Source of the DNA: an uncultured Chthonomonadaceae bacterium
GTDB lineage: Bacteria; Armatimonadota; Chthonomonadetes; Chthonomonadales; Chthonomonadaceae
Direction of reading: 5' to 3'
DNA length: 64,000 nt
Assembly: GCA_963817895.1 (NCBI GenBank)
Contig: CAWFQB010000010.1
Location: forward strand, 64,001 to 128,000
In this document: piece after piece, positions 20,678 to 30,896 of the stretch
Layout: every line of letters begins with the position of its first letter
How positions within the stretch are numbered: position 1 is the first letter of the stretch
Notes under the pieces: model-generated
The model's input: the letters and a program-made list of their open reading frames with translations, nothing else
Told to the model about the DNA's origin: nothing
The model's database searches: none
Made by a program: the position numbers and the translations under genes

Positions 20678-21475
20678 ATGCGCGTGCGATCATTTACCCT
20701 GCTGATAATTTTCTCTCTGTTGTGCTGCGGTTTGGCGGCGATGGCGCAGAAAACCGCGCGTTCTTCTCAGACGCTCTCTTCAAGCGCAATGGATGCGCAG
20801 AAAGCGCGCTTCATGGATCGCGTGATTGAACTGACCAATATCGAGCGGGTGAAGGCGGGCGTGGCCCCGTTGAAGCGCGAAGAGAGCCTGACCAAATCCG
20901 CGGGCTGGCTGGCCGAGGATATGGCGACGAACAACTATTTCGATCATAAAGATCGTCAGGGCCGGCATATCGAACCGCGCCTGCCGGACTTCGGTTATAC
21001 GGGCTATGCGATGATCGGCGAGAATATCGCGGGCGGTCAGCAGACGCCGGAGCAGGTGGTTGCCGAATGGATGCGTAGCCCCGGTCATCGCGCCAACCTG
21101 CTGAACCCGGATTTCCGCGAACTGGGCGTGGCGTATGTCCACGCGCCCAACAGCGAATTGCAGGACTACTGGGTACAGGACTTCGGAACCCGCCGCGACA
21201 TCTTCCCGCTGATCATCAACAACGATGTGCCGCAAACCAATTCTCCGACCATTCACCTGTACGCGCATGGCGACAAATGGGCGCAACAGGCCCGCTACAG
21301 CACGGACGGCGCGCATTGGACCGAATGGGAACCGTTTCAGCCAACCCGCACCCTGAAACTGGATGCCATGAACGGCAAGCAGACGGTGTACGAGGAACTG
21401 AGCAACGGCAAAGACACCCGCCGCGCCGCCGCCACCGTGGAACTCACCATCATGCAGCGCGTCGCCTCGAACTAA
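20678..21475 (+). CDS. Secreted CAP (SCP/CRISP) domain protein
   Basis: Signal peptide; GENIA, WMRSPGHRANLL, YWVQDFG. Confidence 0.88.
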   Translation: MRVRSFTLLIIFSLLCCGLAAMAQKTARSSQTLSSSAMDAQKARFMDRVIELTNIERVKAGVAPLKREESLTKSAGWLAEDMATNNYFDHKDRQGRHIEPRLPDFGYTGYAMIGENIAGGQQTPEQVVAEWMRSPGHRANLLNPDFRELGVAYVHAPNSELQDYWVQDFGTRRDIFPLIINNDVPQTNSPTIHLYAHGDKWAQQARYSTDGAHWTEWEPFQPTRTLKLDAMNGKQTVYEELSNGKDTRRAAATVELTIMQRVASN

Positions 21476-21521
21476 TCTCCTCCGCAGCCGTTTACGCGCC
21501 AATCAGCAATATCAACTTTGT

Positions 21522-21558
21522 ATTCCCTTCCTCGGAACGTTCCGAGGAAGGGAATTTT
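21522..21558 (+). terminator. Perfect 34-bp palindrome plus T run, probable terminator
   Basis: ATTCCCTTCCTCGGAAC|GTTCCGAGGAAGGGAAT then TTT. Confidence 0.7.
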
Positions 21559-21736
21559 AATTTTGGAAGGTTTACGCGCAGCCGCTCACGAGTATTACCA
21601 AACGACAATTTCCAAAAAAGCTTGGGAGAAGGGGAACCTGATGCAGTTGCCAAACCGCAATAGGGGAGAAAGCGGCAAGACAAGGCCCTCATGGTATAAT
21701 ACACATACTTGGACAATCTCGAAAGGACAACTTTTC

Positions 21737-23104
21737 ATGGAAGACATCCTGAAAAATCTCTATAACGACTGCGACCCGCTGAAACCTGCGCAGCCGAAAT
21801 TTTATACCGACCTTTCCACGGTGCGCGGGGGCGAAACGTTCATCAAGACGCTGTGCGAAGAGTTGGAGCGTTCTACGGGGAATGTGTGCGTCTTGTTTAC
21901 CGGGCATAGCGGGTGCGGTAAGTCCTCCTAACTGCAAAAACTAACCCATGAACTGCGGACAGTCCGCGAAAAGCCGTCCCACAACCGCTACTTCCCCGTG
22001 TATATTGACGCGCTGGAATATATTGATGTTTTCGATGCCTCGCTTCAAGAGATACTGCTGTCCATTGTTTCCGAGTTGGCGGCTGCGGTTTTGAAGGAGG
22101 GCATTGAACTGAAAAACACCGTCCTGCAAAGTATGTTCAATGAGATCGCAGGATATGTTACCGGCTCGAAACCCACAAAAATCACCCTGCCTTTCGGGGA
22201 AGCGAAACTTGAAATCGCGCTGAATCGGGCGGACCCCAGTATTCGGGAACAGGTTCGCCAGTATCTTAAGCCGCGCACTTCCAGCTTGGTCACGGAAATC
22301 AATAATGTCCTGATTGATGCGCGGACACAACTGAAGGCGAAAATGCCGAGGGATGGCGGCCCCATTTACCGGGATATTGTGATCGTCGTGGACAATCTGG
22401 AAAAGATACAAACGCTGGCGGGACACGAAATGGGAGAAAATTCGGCCCATGCGCTGTTCATCGAGGGTGCGCCCCAACTCTCCGCGCTCAAAGCGCACGT
22501 TATCTACACGGTACACCTTTCCCTGGCGCGCGCGAACGGACATGAATTACTGATTGCTTACGGCAAGGAACCCGTCGTCCTATCCAATGTGAAGACGGAG
22601 GAGCGTACCAGTCACGCGCCCTGGCAGCCGGGACGCGAGGCTTTGCGCGAACTTCTCGCAAAGCGCGTCCACCCGTTGCGGTTGGAGCAGGTTTTTGATG
22701 AGGATGCCCTTGCGTTCATCCTGACGTACTGCGGCGGACATGCGCGACAGTACCTGAACTTTGCGCGCGAGTCCACGCTGTACACGGACACGACGCCGAT
22801 TTCCCTGCAAGCGGTGCAACGAGCGGTAACGCAGTCGGTTCCCTTCTTCAGCACGGAAATGGATGACAACGACTGGAAATTGCTGGCCGAACTGGAGCAT
22901 AACGGCAAACAACGCTGGAACACGAAAACCCCGGAAAGACGCCTGTTAATGGATAGGCTGTGCGTTCTGGAATATATCAACGGCGACCGCGCGCAGGATA
23001 TGTTCAATAAGGCGATGCCTTGGTACGCCGTACACCCGATTGCGCGCGAACTTGACCCCTTCCGGGAGGCGTTGGACGCTTTGCAGCAGGGAGAAACCTC
23101 ATGA
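21737..23104 (+). CDS. P-loop NTPase (AAA/KAP-like) with an in-frame TAA at 21929-21931
   Basis: LYNDCDP, Walker A TGHSGCGKSS*L, Walker B IVVDNLEK, CGGHAR, WYAVHP. Confidence 0.75.
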
Positions 23105-24309
23105 ACGCAGTTTCCGAAAATAACGCGATCCTGTTCAACAGTAAGCCGCCTGACAACGCCACACGGCGGGCAACACTGGCACGCGAACTCCGTGTCGCGC
23201 AGGGTTTCACGCTGATTTTCGCTTTGTGCAATACGGCTGACGAACGCGCCCGCCAAATTGCCGCGCTGAAAGCGGAACTCCCCGACTTAAACATACAGGA
23301 AATTCCGGTTCGCAAACAGATACCGCATCTGCTGGATGTCCTGCGGGCCACATTGGAGGAGCCACTCCCCGATGCCGTGTTCGTATACGGCATGGAAAAC
23401 TGGCTGCGGGGCGATAGTAACCCACGTTCCAATCCCTTTGTCCTCAATCTGAACGCGGCCCGCAACCATTTCAGCGCAGATTGTCCCTGTCCCCTCGTCT
23501 TCTGGATACCCGAATTCCTGTTTCGGCTCCTTATCGGCGGCGCGCCCGACTTCGTTTCGGTACGCAGCGGCCTTTATGTCTTTACAGCCTCTTTGTCGGA
23601 GACAAGAGAAACTACACAAACGTTACAGACACCCGGCTTGACGGAAGTATCAGGACTGTCACTAAGCGAAAAGCAACAACGCTTGGAAGAGTTGAAGGAA
23701 TTACTAATCCGTGTGCAAAGCCTACCGAAGAAAAGCCGCTATTGGCAAGATGAGGTAGCTGTCTTAGACCAACTAGCCATGGCCTATTATGTGCTGGGAT
23801 ACTACCGTGAAGCCGAACCGCTGTATCAGCAGGCATTGGATATTCGGCGCTATTTCTTTCCAAAAGGGCATCCCATCATTGCTCAAACCCTCAATAATCA
23901 GGCGGTGTTGTACGTATCACAAGGCAAGTACGAGCAAGCCGAACCGCTATATCAGCAAGCATTGGACATTTGGCGTAAGGCAGTTGGGGAACGCCATCCT
24001 GATTATGCCACTTGTCTCAACAGTCTGGCGGCATTGTATCAGCAACAAGGTAGGTATGAGCAAGCCGAACCGCTGTATCAGCAGGCATTGGATATTCGGC
24101 GCAAGTTCTTGTCATCAGGGCATCCTGACTTTGCCATTAGCCTCAACGATCTGGCGGAGTTGTACAAGGCACAAGGTCGCTATGAGGAGGCCGAATCGCT
24201 TTACGACGAGGCGTTGAAGATATTAGAACAAGCATTGGAACCGGAACACCCAAATACCGTAATTGTGCGTGAAAACTTGAAAAGATTTCGTCAGCAACGA
24301 CTAAAATAA
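23101..24309 (+). CDS. Tetratricopeptide-repeat protein with N-terminal degenerate-NTPase-like domain
   Basis: ATGA overlap with the ATPase; LNAARN...PLVFW...APDF; four 42-aa TPR units (YEQAEPLYQQAL). Confidence 0.85.
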   Translation: MNAVSENNAILFNSKPPDNATRRATLARELRVAQGFTLIFALCNTADERARQIAALKAELPDLNIQEIPVRKQIPHLLDVLRATLEEPLPDAVFVYGMENWLRGDSNPRSNPFVLNLNAARNHFSADCPCPLVFWIPEFLFRLLIGGAPDFVSVRSGLYVFTASLSETRETTQTLQTPGLTEVSGLSLSEKQQRLEELKELLIRVQSLPKKSRYWQDEVAVLDQLAMAYYVLGYYREAEPLYQQALDIRRYFFPKGHPIIAQTLNNQAVLYVSQGKYEQAEPLYQQALDIWRKAVGERHPDYATCLNSLAALYQQQGRYEQAEPLYQQALDIRRKFLSSGHPDFAISLNDLAELYKAQGRYEEAESLYDEALKILEQALEPEHPNTVIVRENLKRFRQQRLK

Positions 24310-24333
24310 CGGCCTGTGCCGACAGCGTGACAG

Positions 24334-24420
24334 GACAAGCTGACGGGCATAAGCGGAGGCACGAACAAGACGTATGGCTACAACAGCAACGGCAACTGCG
24401 CGTCCGTTACCGCTGGCAGT
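24334..24420 (+). pseudogene. RHS/YD-repeat fragment (copy 1)
   Basis: Translates DKLTGISGGTNKTYGYNSNGNCASVTAGS; near-identical copy at 29535. Confidence 0.65.
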
Positions 24421-24449
24421 TCTATTGCCGCGTTCGCATCGTGGATTTA

Positions 24450-25214
24450 TTAGACGGAGATCGGTTCGTTAGGGAGGGCAAGGCGCATGGACGAGGCGGC
24501 AAGCTGCTGCTGCCAGTCCGCCTGTTCCCGCTTTTCGCGGATGTCATCATCGTAATGCACCAGGTACGCGCGTTCGCGGAAATGGGCGGGGTATTCACAT
24601 AGCTGCTCGAAATGCGCGTGGACGGTGCTGGCGAACGGGGGCTTGAAACTGCAATCGTGGAACACGCAGGCCGTGTCCTCGAAGAACCAGGGGTCTTCAT
24701 TGGCGTCGGCAAGGCTGTCGCAGGTAAATCCAACTGCCGAATTCCCCTCCGCTATCTTAATGCCATACGAGCGGGCATGGGGAACGTGGCGCACGGGATG
24801 AATCTCCAGCGTCAACCCCTCCCACGTATGTGGCTGCCCGACATGCAGCGGGATCACCTCGAAATAGTCATCCAACTTGCAGGCGCAATCGCATACCTGC
24901 GCCATCGTGCCGGACAGCACATTGCGCCACAGCAGGCCGGGCAGGGTATCGGCAATGAACAGGGGCGGGCGGATTTTCCATTGCAGCATGTTCCGAAAGC
25001 CCCACTCTTCCAGTCCGTAGATGTGGTCGCCGTGCAGATGGCTGATGAAAACCGCGTCCATGTCACGCAGGGAAAGCCCCATCGCCTGCAATCGCGCCGG
25101 AACCGTATGCCCGCAGTCAATCAGCAGGCGCTTGCCCCCGCTCTCCACCACTGCCGACGAATTGCCCCAGTGCGCAGACCAAGCCGACCCCGTTCCATTC
25201 CAGGTTATCTTCAT
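24450..25214 (-). CDS. MBL-fold metallo-hydrolase (RNase Z/PhnP-like)
   Basis: GTGSA, LIDCG, SHLHGDH, HAH, LVHY. Confidence 0.88.
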   Translation of the reverse strand: MKITWNGTGSAWSAHWGNSSAVVESGGKRLLIDCGHTVPARLQAMGLSLRDMDAVFISHLHGDHIYGLEEWGFRNMLQWKIRPPLFIADTLPGLLWRNVLSGTMAQVCDCACKLDDYFEVIPLHVGQPHTWEGLTLEIHPVRHVPHARSYGIKIAEGNSAVGFTCDSLADANEDPWFFEDTACVFHDCSFKPPFASTVHAHFEQLCEYPAHFRERAYLVHYDDDIREKREQADWQQQLAASSMRLALPNEPISV

Positions 25215-25340
25215 GGCGGTTACTCCCTCGCGAAAAATGTAGTGAATGATAAACGGCGCAGGCGTCTTTTACCGGTACATACCATTGTACACGAGAAGAC
25301 GGCTGCGCCGATTGGTTTCCGCGATTCTGCGAACTAAAAT

Positions 25341-26009
25341 TTAGTTGTCCGCGCCTACCGCATCGGCGCGTTCGCGCTTAGTCGTCAGCGAATGAACCAG
25401 TTCCGCCGCCTGACTTGTGGGCGTAGCGGATACAGACGGCGCGGGTGGCGTTGTCGTTGTGGGCGGCGCGCTCGCGTTTTTGTTCAGGCTGGCCGCGCTG
25501 CGGAACGTGCCGAGGCACTTGTCGGCAAGCGGGAAGAACACGTTCAGGTTTTGCAGCATGTACTTGTGGTGGATGCGGTGATGCTCCTTCACAAAGCGGT
25601 ACACGCCCACTTTTTCAAACCAGCGTCCGGCGGGAACGTGCATGCAGTAGTGGAAATACTCGTAAACGGTGTAGTAAGCCACGACGGAGGCAACCCCGCC
25701 CCACATACTGGGAATGTGCGTGACGCGCTCGATGAGCCAGAAAAAGGGCAGATGAAAGCCGACAAACAGCGGAAGGGCGAACCAGTCCATGGCGATGTGG
25801 TCTTTTTCCTGACCCTCCTGCCACTCGTAGGAGGAGTGTTCAAACTTGTAGCGCTGATGGTGAACAATGGTATGCGCGTTGAAAGTCTGCTTGATGAACT
25901 TCGGCGAATGGAACAGATGCTTGTGGAACGCCCACTCGAAAAAACTCTCATACAGGAAGTAAAAGACAAACGCGGCCGCCTCGCAGCCGATCACAGTCCA
26001 TGTCATGTC
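25341..26009 (-). CDS. Sterol desaturase / fatty acid hydroxylase family protein
   Basis: His boxes EWAFHKHLFH, HTIVHH, YEYFHYCMH, HHRIHH; TM segments. Confidence 0.85.
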   Translation of the reverse strand, partial: DMTWTVIGCEAAAFVFYFLYESFFEWAFHKHLFHSPKFIKQTFNAHTIVHHQRYKFEHSSYEWQEGQEKDHIAMDWFALPLFVGFHLPFFWLIERVTHIPSMWGGVASVVAYYTVYEYFHYCMHVPAGRWFEKVGVYRFVKEHHRIHHKYMLQNLNVFFPLADKCLGTFRSAASLNKNASAPPTTTTPPAPSVSATPTSQAAELVHSLTTKRERADAVGADN

Positions 26010-26305
26010 GAACAAATTCCCTTCTCGTATCCGCTATTCGGACGCGACCCTATAACAATGTACAGGCCCGCAATGAGCCTGAAGTCGCGCTCTACACTAC
26101 GAGTCCGCGTGTCGCGTGGTTTCTAAATTTCGCAATGCCTGCGAATAGCTTTCGATTACGAACCTGCCGCGCCAATCGCCGGGTATGAAAAACGGCCTGA
26201 ACACATGCGTGTCGCGGGCCGTTCCGTGGAAAACTTACCGGAGACAACCAGAACGCTTGACCCTATCGCGCCGCTCAGGTAAAAATGCCTGTAGGCGCAA
26301 GGGCA

Positions 26306-26344
26306 GGATTAAGCCATTGTACCTGCTTAATCCCTTAGTGTCAA
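26306..26344 (-). promoter_or_regulatory. Sigma70 promoter with a palindromic operator across the -10
   Basis: TTGACA-17 nt-TACAAT; GGATTAAGC-N10-GCTTAATCC at 26306-26333. Confidence 0.65.
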
Positions 26345-26353
26345 GCCAGAAAT

Positions 26354-26451
26354 TAGGTTGTTAGTTGTTAGTTGCTGGGTTGTTAGGTTTCAGCTGGCGC
26401 ATCCACAACCTGAAAACCTAACAACTAACAACCTAACAACTAACAACTCTA
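26354..26451. repeat. Inverted array GTTGTTA(G) / CTAACAAC
   Basis: Multiple units per arm, abutting the TAG of the 26449-26748 gene. Confidence 0.85.
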
Positions 26452-26748
26452 TCTCTGCCGGAAGACGAAGAAATAAAGCAGCAGGGCAATCAGCAGCAGG
26501 ATCAGCGTAAGGATGACCGGCGTGGCGGAATTGGCGCGGCGCGTGGCAAGGCGTTCCTCCTTGCGCTGCGCGACGCGCTCTTCCAGCGTTGGCTGCGCTT
26601 TCATCTTTTGACCGCCCGCTTCTGTCTCGAATACCGCTGTCGTCACGGCAACGGAAGCGGAAAGCGGCTTATGGCACTGCCAGCAACTGTCTTTTTCCGT
26701 AACATCCTGATTGATGGCCCCGCAATGAGGGCATTTGATCTTGTCCAT
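26449..26748 (-). CDS. Small zinc-ribbon protein with C-terminal TM anchor
   Basis: MDKIKCPHCG...CWQC; hydrophobic C-terminus. Confidence 0.7.
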   Translation of the reverse strand: MDKIKCPHCGAINQDVTEKDSCWQCHKPLSASVAVTTAVFETEAGGQKMKAQPTLEERVAQRKEERLATRRANSATPVILTLILLLIALLLYFFVFRQR

Positions 26749-27024
26749 CCCGTTTCTTTCTGGCTTCCCGGCCCGACGCGGATGTTCGCGTTTCCACCGG
26801 CGGCAACGTGAGCGTCGGGGAGAAGCGGAAAAAATTTGTGTAATTAAAGAGGGTTTTGCGCGAAGATAGCAGGCATATTCGGGCAAACTTGCGGTACAAT
26901 TCCCTACAGACATCGGCGCAGAAACATTATACTCTTACTTTTCTCACTTGCAGCCTCTTTTGTTCGCGCGCCGACTGCAAACGCTATTTTAGCCCGTACC
27001 GCCATTGATGGAGTTCCCCACACT

Positions 27025-27840
27025 ATGCTTGAATTAGCGCTGGCGCTGCCGCCTTTGCTTGCCTGCCTGCCCCCGCAAGCCTCTTCCTCTTCCCTGCGCC
27101 TGCTGAAGCGCGCGCAAAAACATATTGCCCACAGGCATTATGAGGAGGCCGTGACAGATTTGCGCCGCGCCATTGCTTCGGGGGCGGACGCTTACGCCTG
27201 TACGCTGCACATCGCCGATCTGGAATCCCGCCGTCAAAACTGGATGCGCGCGCTATGCGCGGCGGAACAGGCTGTTGCCCTCGCGCCCGAACGCCTGACC
27301 GCGTATGAAGTTCTGATGACCATTGCGCTGAATGCCGGCGATTTTGAGCGCGCGATTGCGGCCTGCCAAACCCTGCTGAAACGCGCCCCCCGCCACCTGA
27401 CCGCGCACGAAACGCTGGGCATGATTTACATGCAGGCGGGCGATGTGGATGCCGCCCTGCGCGTTCTGAACGCCCTGCTGCGCTTCACGCCCGACAATCC
27501 CGCGTGTCACTTCCGCAAGGGGTTGCTGTGCCAGCACAAGGGCGAAATCGGCGCGGCCATTGAAGCGTTTTGCGCCACGCTGTATCTCGACCCGGACGGC
27601 CCATTCGCGGAAGAGGCGCGAGAAGCCATAGAAGCCCTGGACGCCTTTCAGCTTAACCAGATTTTGACGCTCGGCATGGATGACATGGTATTTCGCGCGC
27701 AATTGCGGCGCGGCGCGGGCGCGGCGGCTTCGGCGCGCGGCTTCGTCTTGAGCGAACAGGGCAAGCATATCCTCTCGGACCTGTGCGTCCACCTGCTGCC
27801 CGACGCCCTGGAACACTGCCGTTCGTTGCGAGTGAATTAG
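27025..27840 (+). CDS. Tetratricopeptide-repeat protein
   Basis: Successive 34-aa TPR patterns. Confidence 0.8.
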   Translation: MLELALALPPLLACLPPQASSSSLRLLKRAQKHIAHRHYEEAVTDLRRAIASGADAYACTLHIADLESRRQNWMRALCAAEQAVALAPERLTAYEVLMTIALNAGDFERAIAACQTLLKRAPRHLTAHETLGMIYMQAGDVDAALRVLNALLRFTPDNPACHFRKGLLCQHKGEIGAAIEAFCATLYLDPDGPFAEEAREAIEALDAFQLNQILTLGMDDMVFRAQLRRGAGAAASARGFVLSEQGKHILSDLCVHLLPDALEHCRSLRVN

Positions 27841-27841
27841 G

Positions 27842-28705
27842 TTGGAAGCTCTGCTGAATATTGCCCGTCAGGGACAGCGTACCCTTATCATGGGCATTCT
27901 CAATGTCACGCCCGATAGTTTTTCCGATGGCGGGCTGTACTCCGACGTGGAAACGGCGGTTGCCCGCGCCCGACAGATGGTGGAGGAGGGCGCGGATATT
28001 CTCGACATTGGCGGCGAATCCACGCGCCCCGCCACGTTTGCCAGCCACAAGCCCCTGTCCGTTGACGAAGAACTGCGCCGTATCCTGCCCGTTGTGGAAG
28101 CTCTTTCCGCCTGCCTCCCCGATGTTCCCCTTTCCGTTGACACCTACAAGGCCGTTGTCGCGCAACGCGCAATGGAAGCCGGGGCCGCAATGATTAACGA
28201 CATCAGCGCCCTTCGCGCCGATCCCGACATGGCCGCAACCCTTGCCGAACTAGACGTTCCCGTCTGCCTGATGCACCTGCCCGGACTGCCGACCGCTCTT
28301 TCTCCCAGCCCTGATTATGGCGACGTGGTACAGGACGTGGCCGAACATTTGCGCGAACGGGCGGAAGCCGCGATTCGGGCGGGCATTGCGCCCCGCAATA
28401 TTGTGCTTGATCCGGGCATCGGGTTCGGGAAAACCGTTGGGCAAAATCTGGAACTGCTGCGGCGTTTGCGCGAACTGACCACGCTCGGCTATCCCCTGTT
28501 GCTCGGCACATCGCGCAAATCCACGATTGGCAAAGTGCTGGGCGGCCTGCCTCCCGAAGAGCGTTTGGAGGGTACGGCGGCAACCGTCGCCCTGTGCATC
28601 GCCAATGGCGCGGCGATTGTGCGCGTCCACGATGTGAAAGCCATGACTCGCGTGGCTCGCATGAGCGACGCTATTGTTCGGGGGTGGCCTCCGCCAGCAA
28701 TTTGA
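27842..28705 (+). CDS. folP: Dihydropteroate synthase
   Basis: MGILNVTPDSFSDGG, DIGGESTRP, DPGIGFGK, GTSRK, RVHDV. Confidence 0.97.
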   Translation: MEALLNIARQGQRTLIMGILNVTPDSFSDGGLYSDVETAVARARQMVEEGADILDIGGESTRPATFASHKPLSVDEELRRILPVVEALSACLPDVPLSVDTYKAVVAQRAMEAGAAMINDISALRADPDMAATLAELDVPVCLMHLPGLPTALSPSPDYGDVVQDVAEHLRERAEAAIRAGIAPRNIVLDPGIGFGKTVGQNLELLRRLRELTTLGYPLLLGTSRKSTIGKVLGGLPPEERLEGTAATVALCIANGAAIVRVHDVKAMTRVARMSDAIVRGWPPPAI

Positions 28706-28723
28706 TGTGCCGCATCACGCGCA
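28690..28723 (+). repeat. 34-bp direct repeat, left copy
   Basis: TCCGCCAGC-aat-TTGATGTGCCGCATCACGCGCA; matches 29657-29690 at 31/34. Confidence 0.8.
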
Positions 28724-28807
28724 CTTGTATGAAGTGAACTTTACAAGCCGAGTTGCAAAGACATTCTTTAAGGATAGAAGATTTCTCACGAAAGAACGGT
28801 GACACCC

Positions 28808-29528
28808 ATGCGGGCGCAACAGCGAACCTCCGGTTTTTCCCTGACGGAACTGATTGTCGTTCTTGGCATCTGTGCCCTTCTTGCCGCTGTGTTGTTTCCT
28901 GTCTTCAACTCTGCGGCGCAAGGCGCAGGAAAGCGCCTGCGTGACCAACTTACAACAACTCAGCCATGCGTTCTCGCTGTACATGATGGATAATGATGGC
29001 GCGTACCCGCCGCTTGTCGCGGCACCTTTCTCCAATGGAAGAACCTCCAACGGCGTTTCTGATTGGCGCGATGCTCTCCAACCCTATCTTGGCGCGCAAT
29101 CCTTCCCGGCTTGTCCCTTCACCGAGTCGTTGCCGGTAAGTACCCCGCCGCATGATAATCGCGTTTGTGGGTATGCCTGTAACGCCTACTTGAGCGCAAC
29201 GATAGGAACCTCCCACAACCATCAGATGCTTGGGCTTCAAGGAACGACGCTCTCCCCTCCCTCGCTCACGGTAGTTGTCTGTGATTCGCGCGCGGAGCTA
29301 CTGGGACTAAGAAAGCCGGATAATGGGCGCGCTCCTGGGGATGTGGGAAAATACAGCGTCTTCAATCTTGGGTTGCTCGACCTTATTGCGTCTCAGGTTC
29401 CCGCCGCCATAAGGCATCATGGTGGGGCTAACTATGCGTTTGCCAATGGACATGTCAAGTGGCTCAAGCCAGAACAACTCGGTACTGACAAGAAGAGCGA
29501 TGGTATCAATCCCGGTTTCGGTTTATGA
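28808..29528 (+). CDS. Prepilin-type (DUF1559-like) protein; one frameshift near 28915
   Basis: GFSLTELIVVLGICALLAAVLFPVF, CVTNLQQL, RHHGGANYAFANGHVKW. Confidence 0.85.
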
Positions 29529-29534
29529 CCGCGC

Positions 29535-29633
29535 AACAAGCTGACGGGCATAACGGGAGGCACGAACAAGACCTATGGCTACGACAGCAACGGCAACTGC
29601 ACATCCGTTACCGTTGGCAGCAGCGTCACCAGC
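29535..29633 (+). pseudogene. RHS/YD-repeat fragment (copy 2)
   Basis: Translates NKLTGITGGTNKTYGYDSNGNCTSVTVGSSVTS. Confidence 0.65.
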
Positions 29634-29646
29634 CACCAACTATCCG

Positions 29647-30822
29647 TCACCTGTCTTCCGCCAGCCGCTTGATGTGCCGCATCACGCGCAGATGGACGTT
29701 GCGAATGATGTCCTGCGTCCACCAGTCGTAATAGCAGATGGGGTACACGTTCAGTTTGTACCACGTCGTACCCACCAGCGTTGTCGTGCCATTGCCGTTG
29801 TCTTCCAGCGTAAACTGCCCCTTTTGCAATTCAAAATGCCCGATCACTTCGGGATGGTTGGGCTGCGTGGTCACGTCAAACGCCAGTTCCCGCCCCGGCT
29901 TAACAACGGTCAGTTTCTCCTCGAAAGCGATATTGCCCGTAAACAGACATTTCCGGTTCGCGCCCACCTGATGGCCGTTCGCCGTAGACTGTATGGGCGC
30001 GGGCAGGCCGACACGCCACAGCCAGTAATCCGGCGGCGCGGTGTTGGCGGGATACGCGATGATGTATTGCCACACGCGGGCAGGCGGCGCGTTGATGACG
30101 ATCCGGTCGGTCTCCTCATTGGCGAAATGGTGCGGCGACAGCGGAATCCAGAATGAACAGGGTCAGCATAAGCGGGCGCGAGCGTGGCGTTCAATTGCTT
30201 GTGGTTGGCCGCGAAGATTTTGCGCCCGATGAAACTGCCGAGCAAAACGAAAACCAGCAGCAGGGGCGACGCCATCAGCAGGCAAATGGCCCCCTCGCTG
30301 TAAAAACACGTAACTGAGCAGCAGGGCGAGGCTGACATTTATCAGGCCGTACAGCAGATATACCGCAGTGCTGAGTTTCGCCTCCTGCCAGAAGTACGCG
30401 CACACGCCGCCCATCGCGAGGGGCAGCAGCACAAACTCTCCCATCGTAAAAACGCCGCCCGCGTTCTGATCGAGCGAGAACAGCCAGCGCGTGAGCAGCA
30501 TCACGACCAGCGCCATGCCGTTGGAGGCCAAAATCCCGGTCAGCGCGGCGCGGTGTGGGTTGGTGTGCAGAACCCGCCATTTGCGCCCCTGACGCTTCTC
30601 CTTCAGCCGTGTTTTTACCTGTGTCTGCCCTGTTACGGACGGCTCGATTCCAGTTGCAAATTGTGAAGCATTGGTTTGCGCGTCCGCCTCAGTTCGCGTT
30701 TCGCCGTCCCCGGTTCCATCCGCGTGAAGCGAAAAATCCATCGGCAGCGGAGTCGGCTGGATTGGATTGGATTGTAAAGAGTTCTGCTGTGGCTCTTCCT
30801 GTTCTTCGTGCTGCTGTCGCAT
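29647..30822 (-). CDS. Membrane protein with C-terminal SRPBCC/START-like domain; frameshifted
   Basis: TM region (EGAICLLMASP) and C-terminal GQFTL...TTLVGTTWY...IIRNVHLRVMRHIK across three ORFs. Confidence 0.65.
29657..29690 (+). repeat. 34-bp direct repeat, right copy
   Basis: TCCGCCAGC-cgc-TTGATGTGCCGCATCACGCGCA. Confidence 0.8.
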
Positions 30823-30896
30823 ATCGTTTTATGCCGCCTTGTTTTGTGTTCCCTGCCCCGCCCGTCACCCCGCCCGCAAATTTGGTACAATAGACT

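Noticed and set aside
23780..24230. Near-identical DNA repeats (GCCGAACCGCTGTATCAGCAGGCATTGGATATTCGGCGC) as a DGR or array
   Set aside because: They are in-frame 126-nt-period TPR coding repeats; there is no reverse transcriptase gene.
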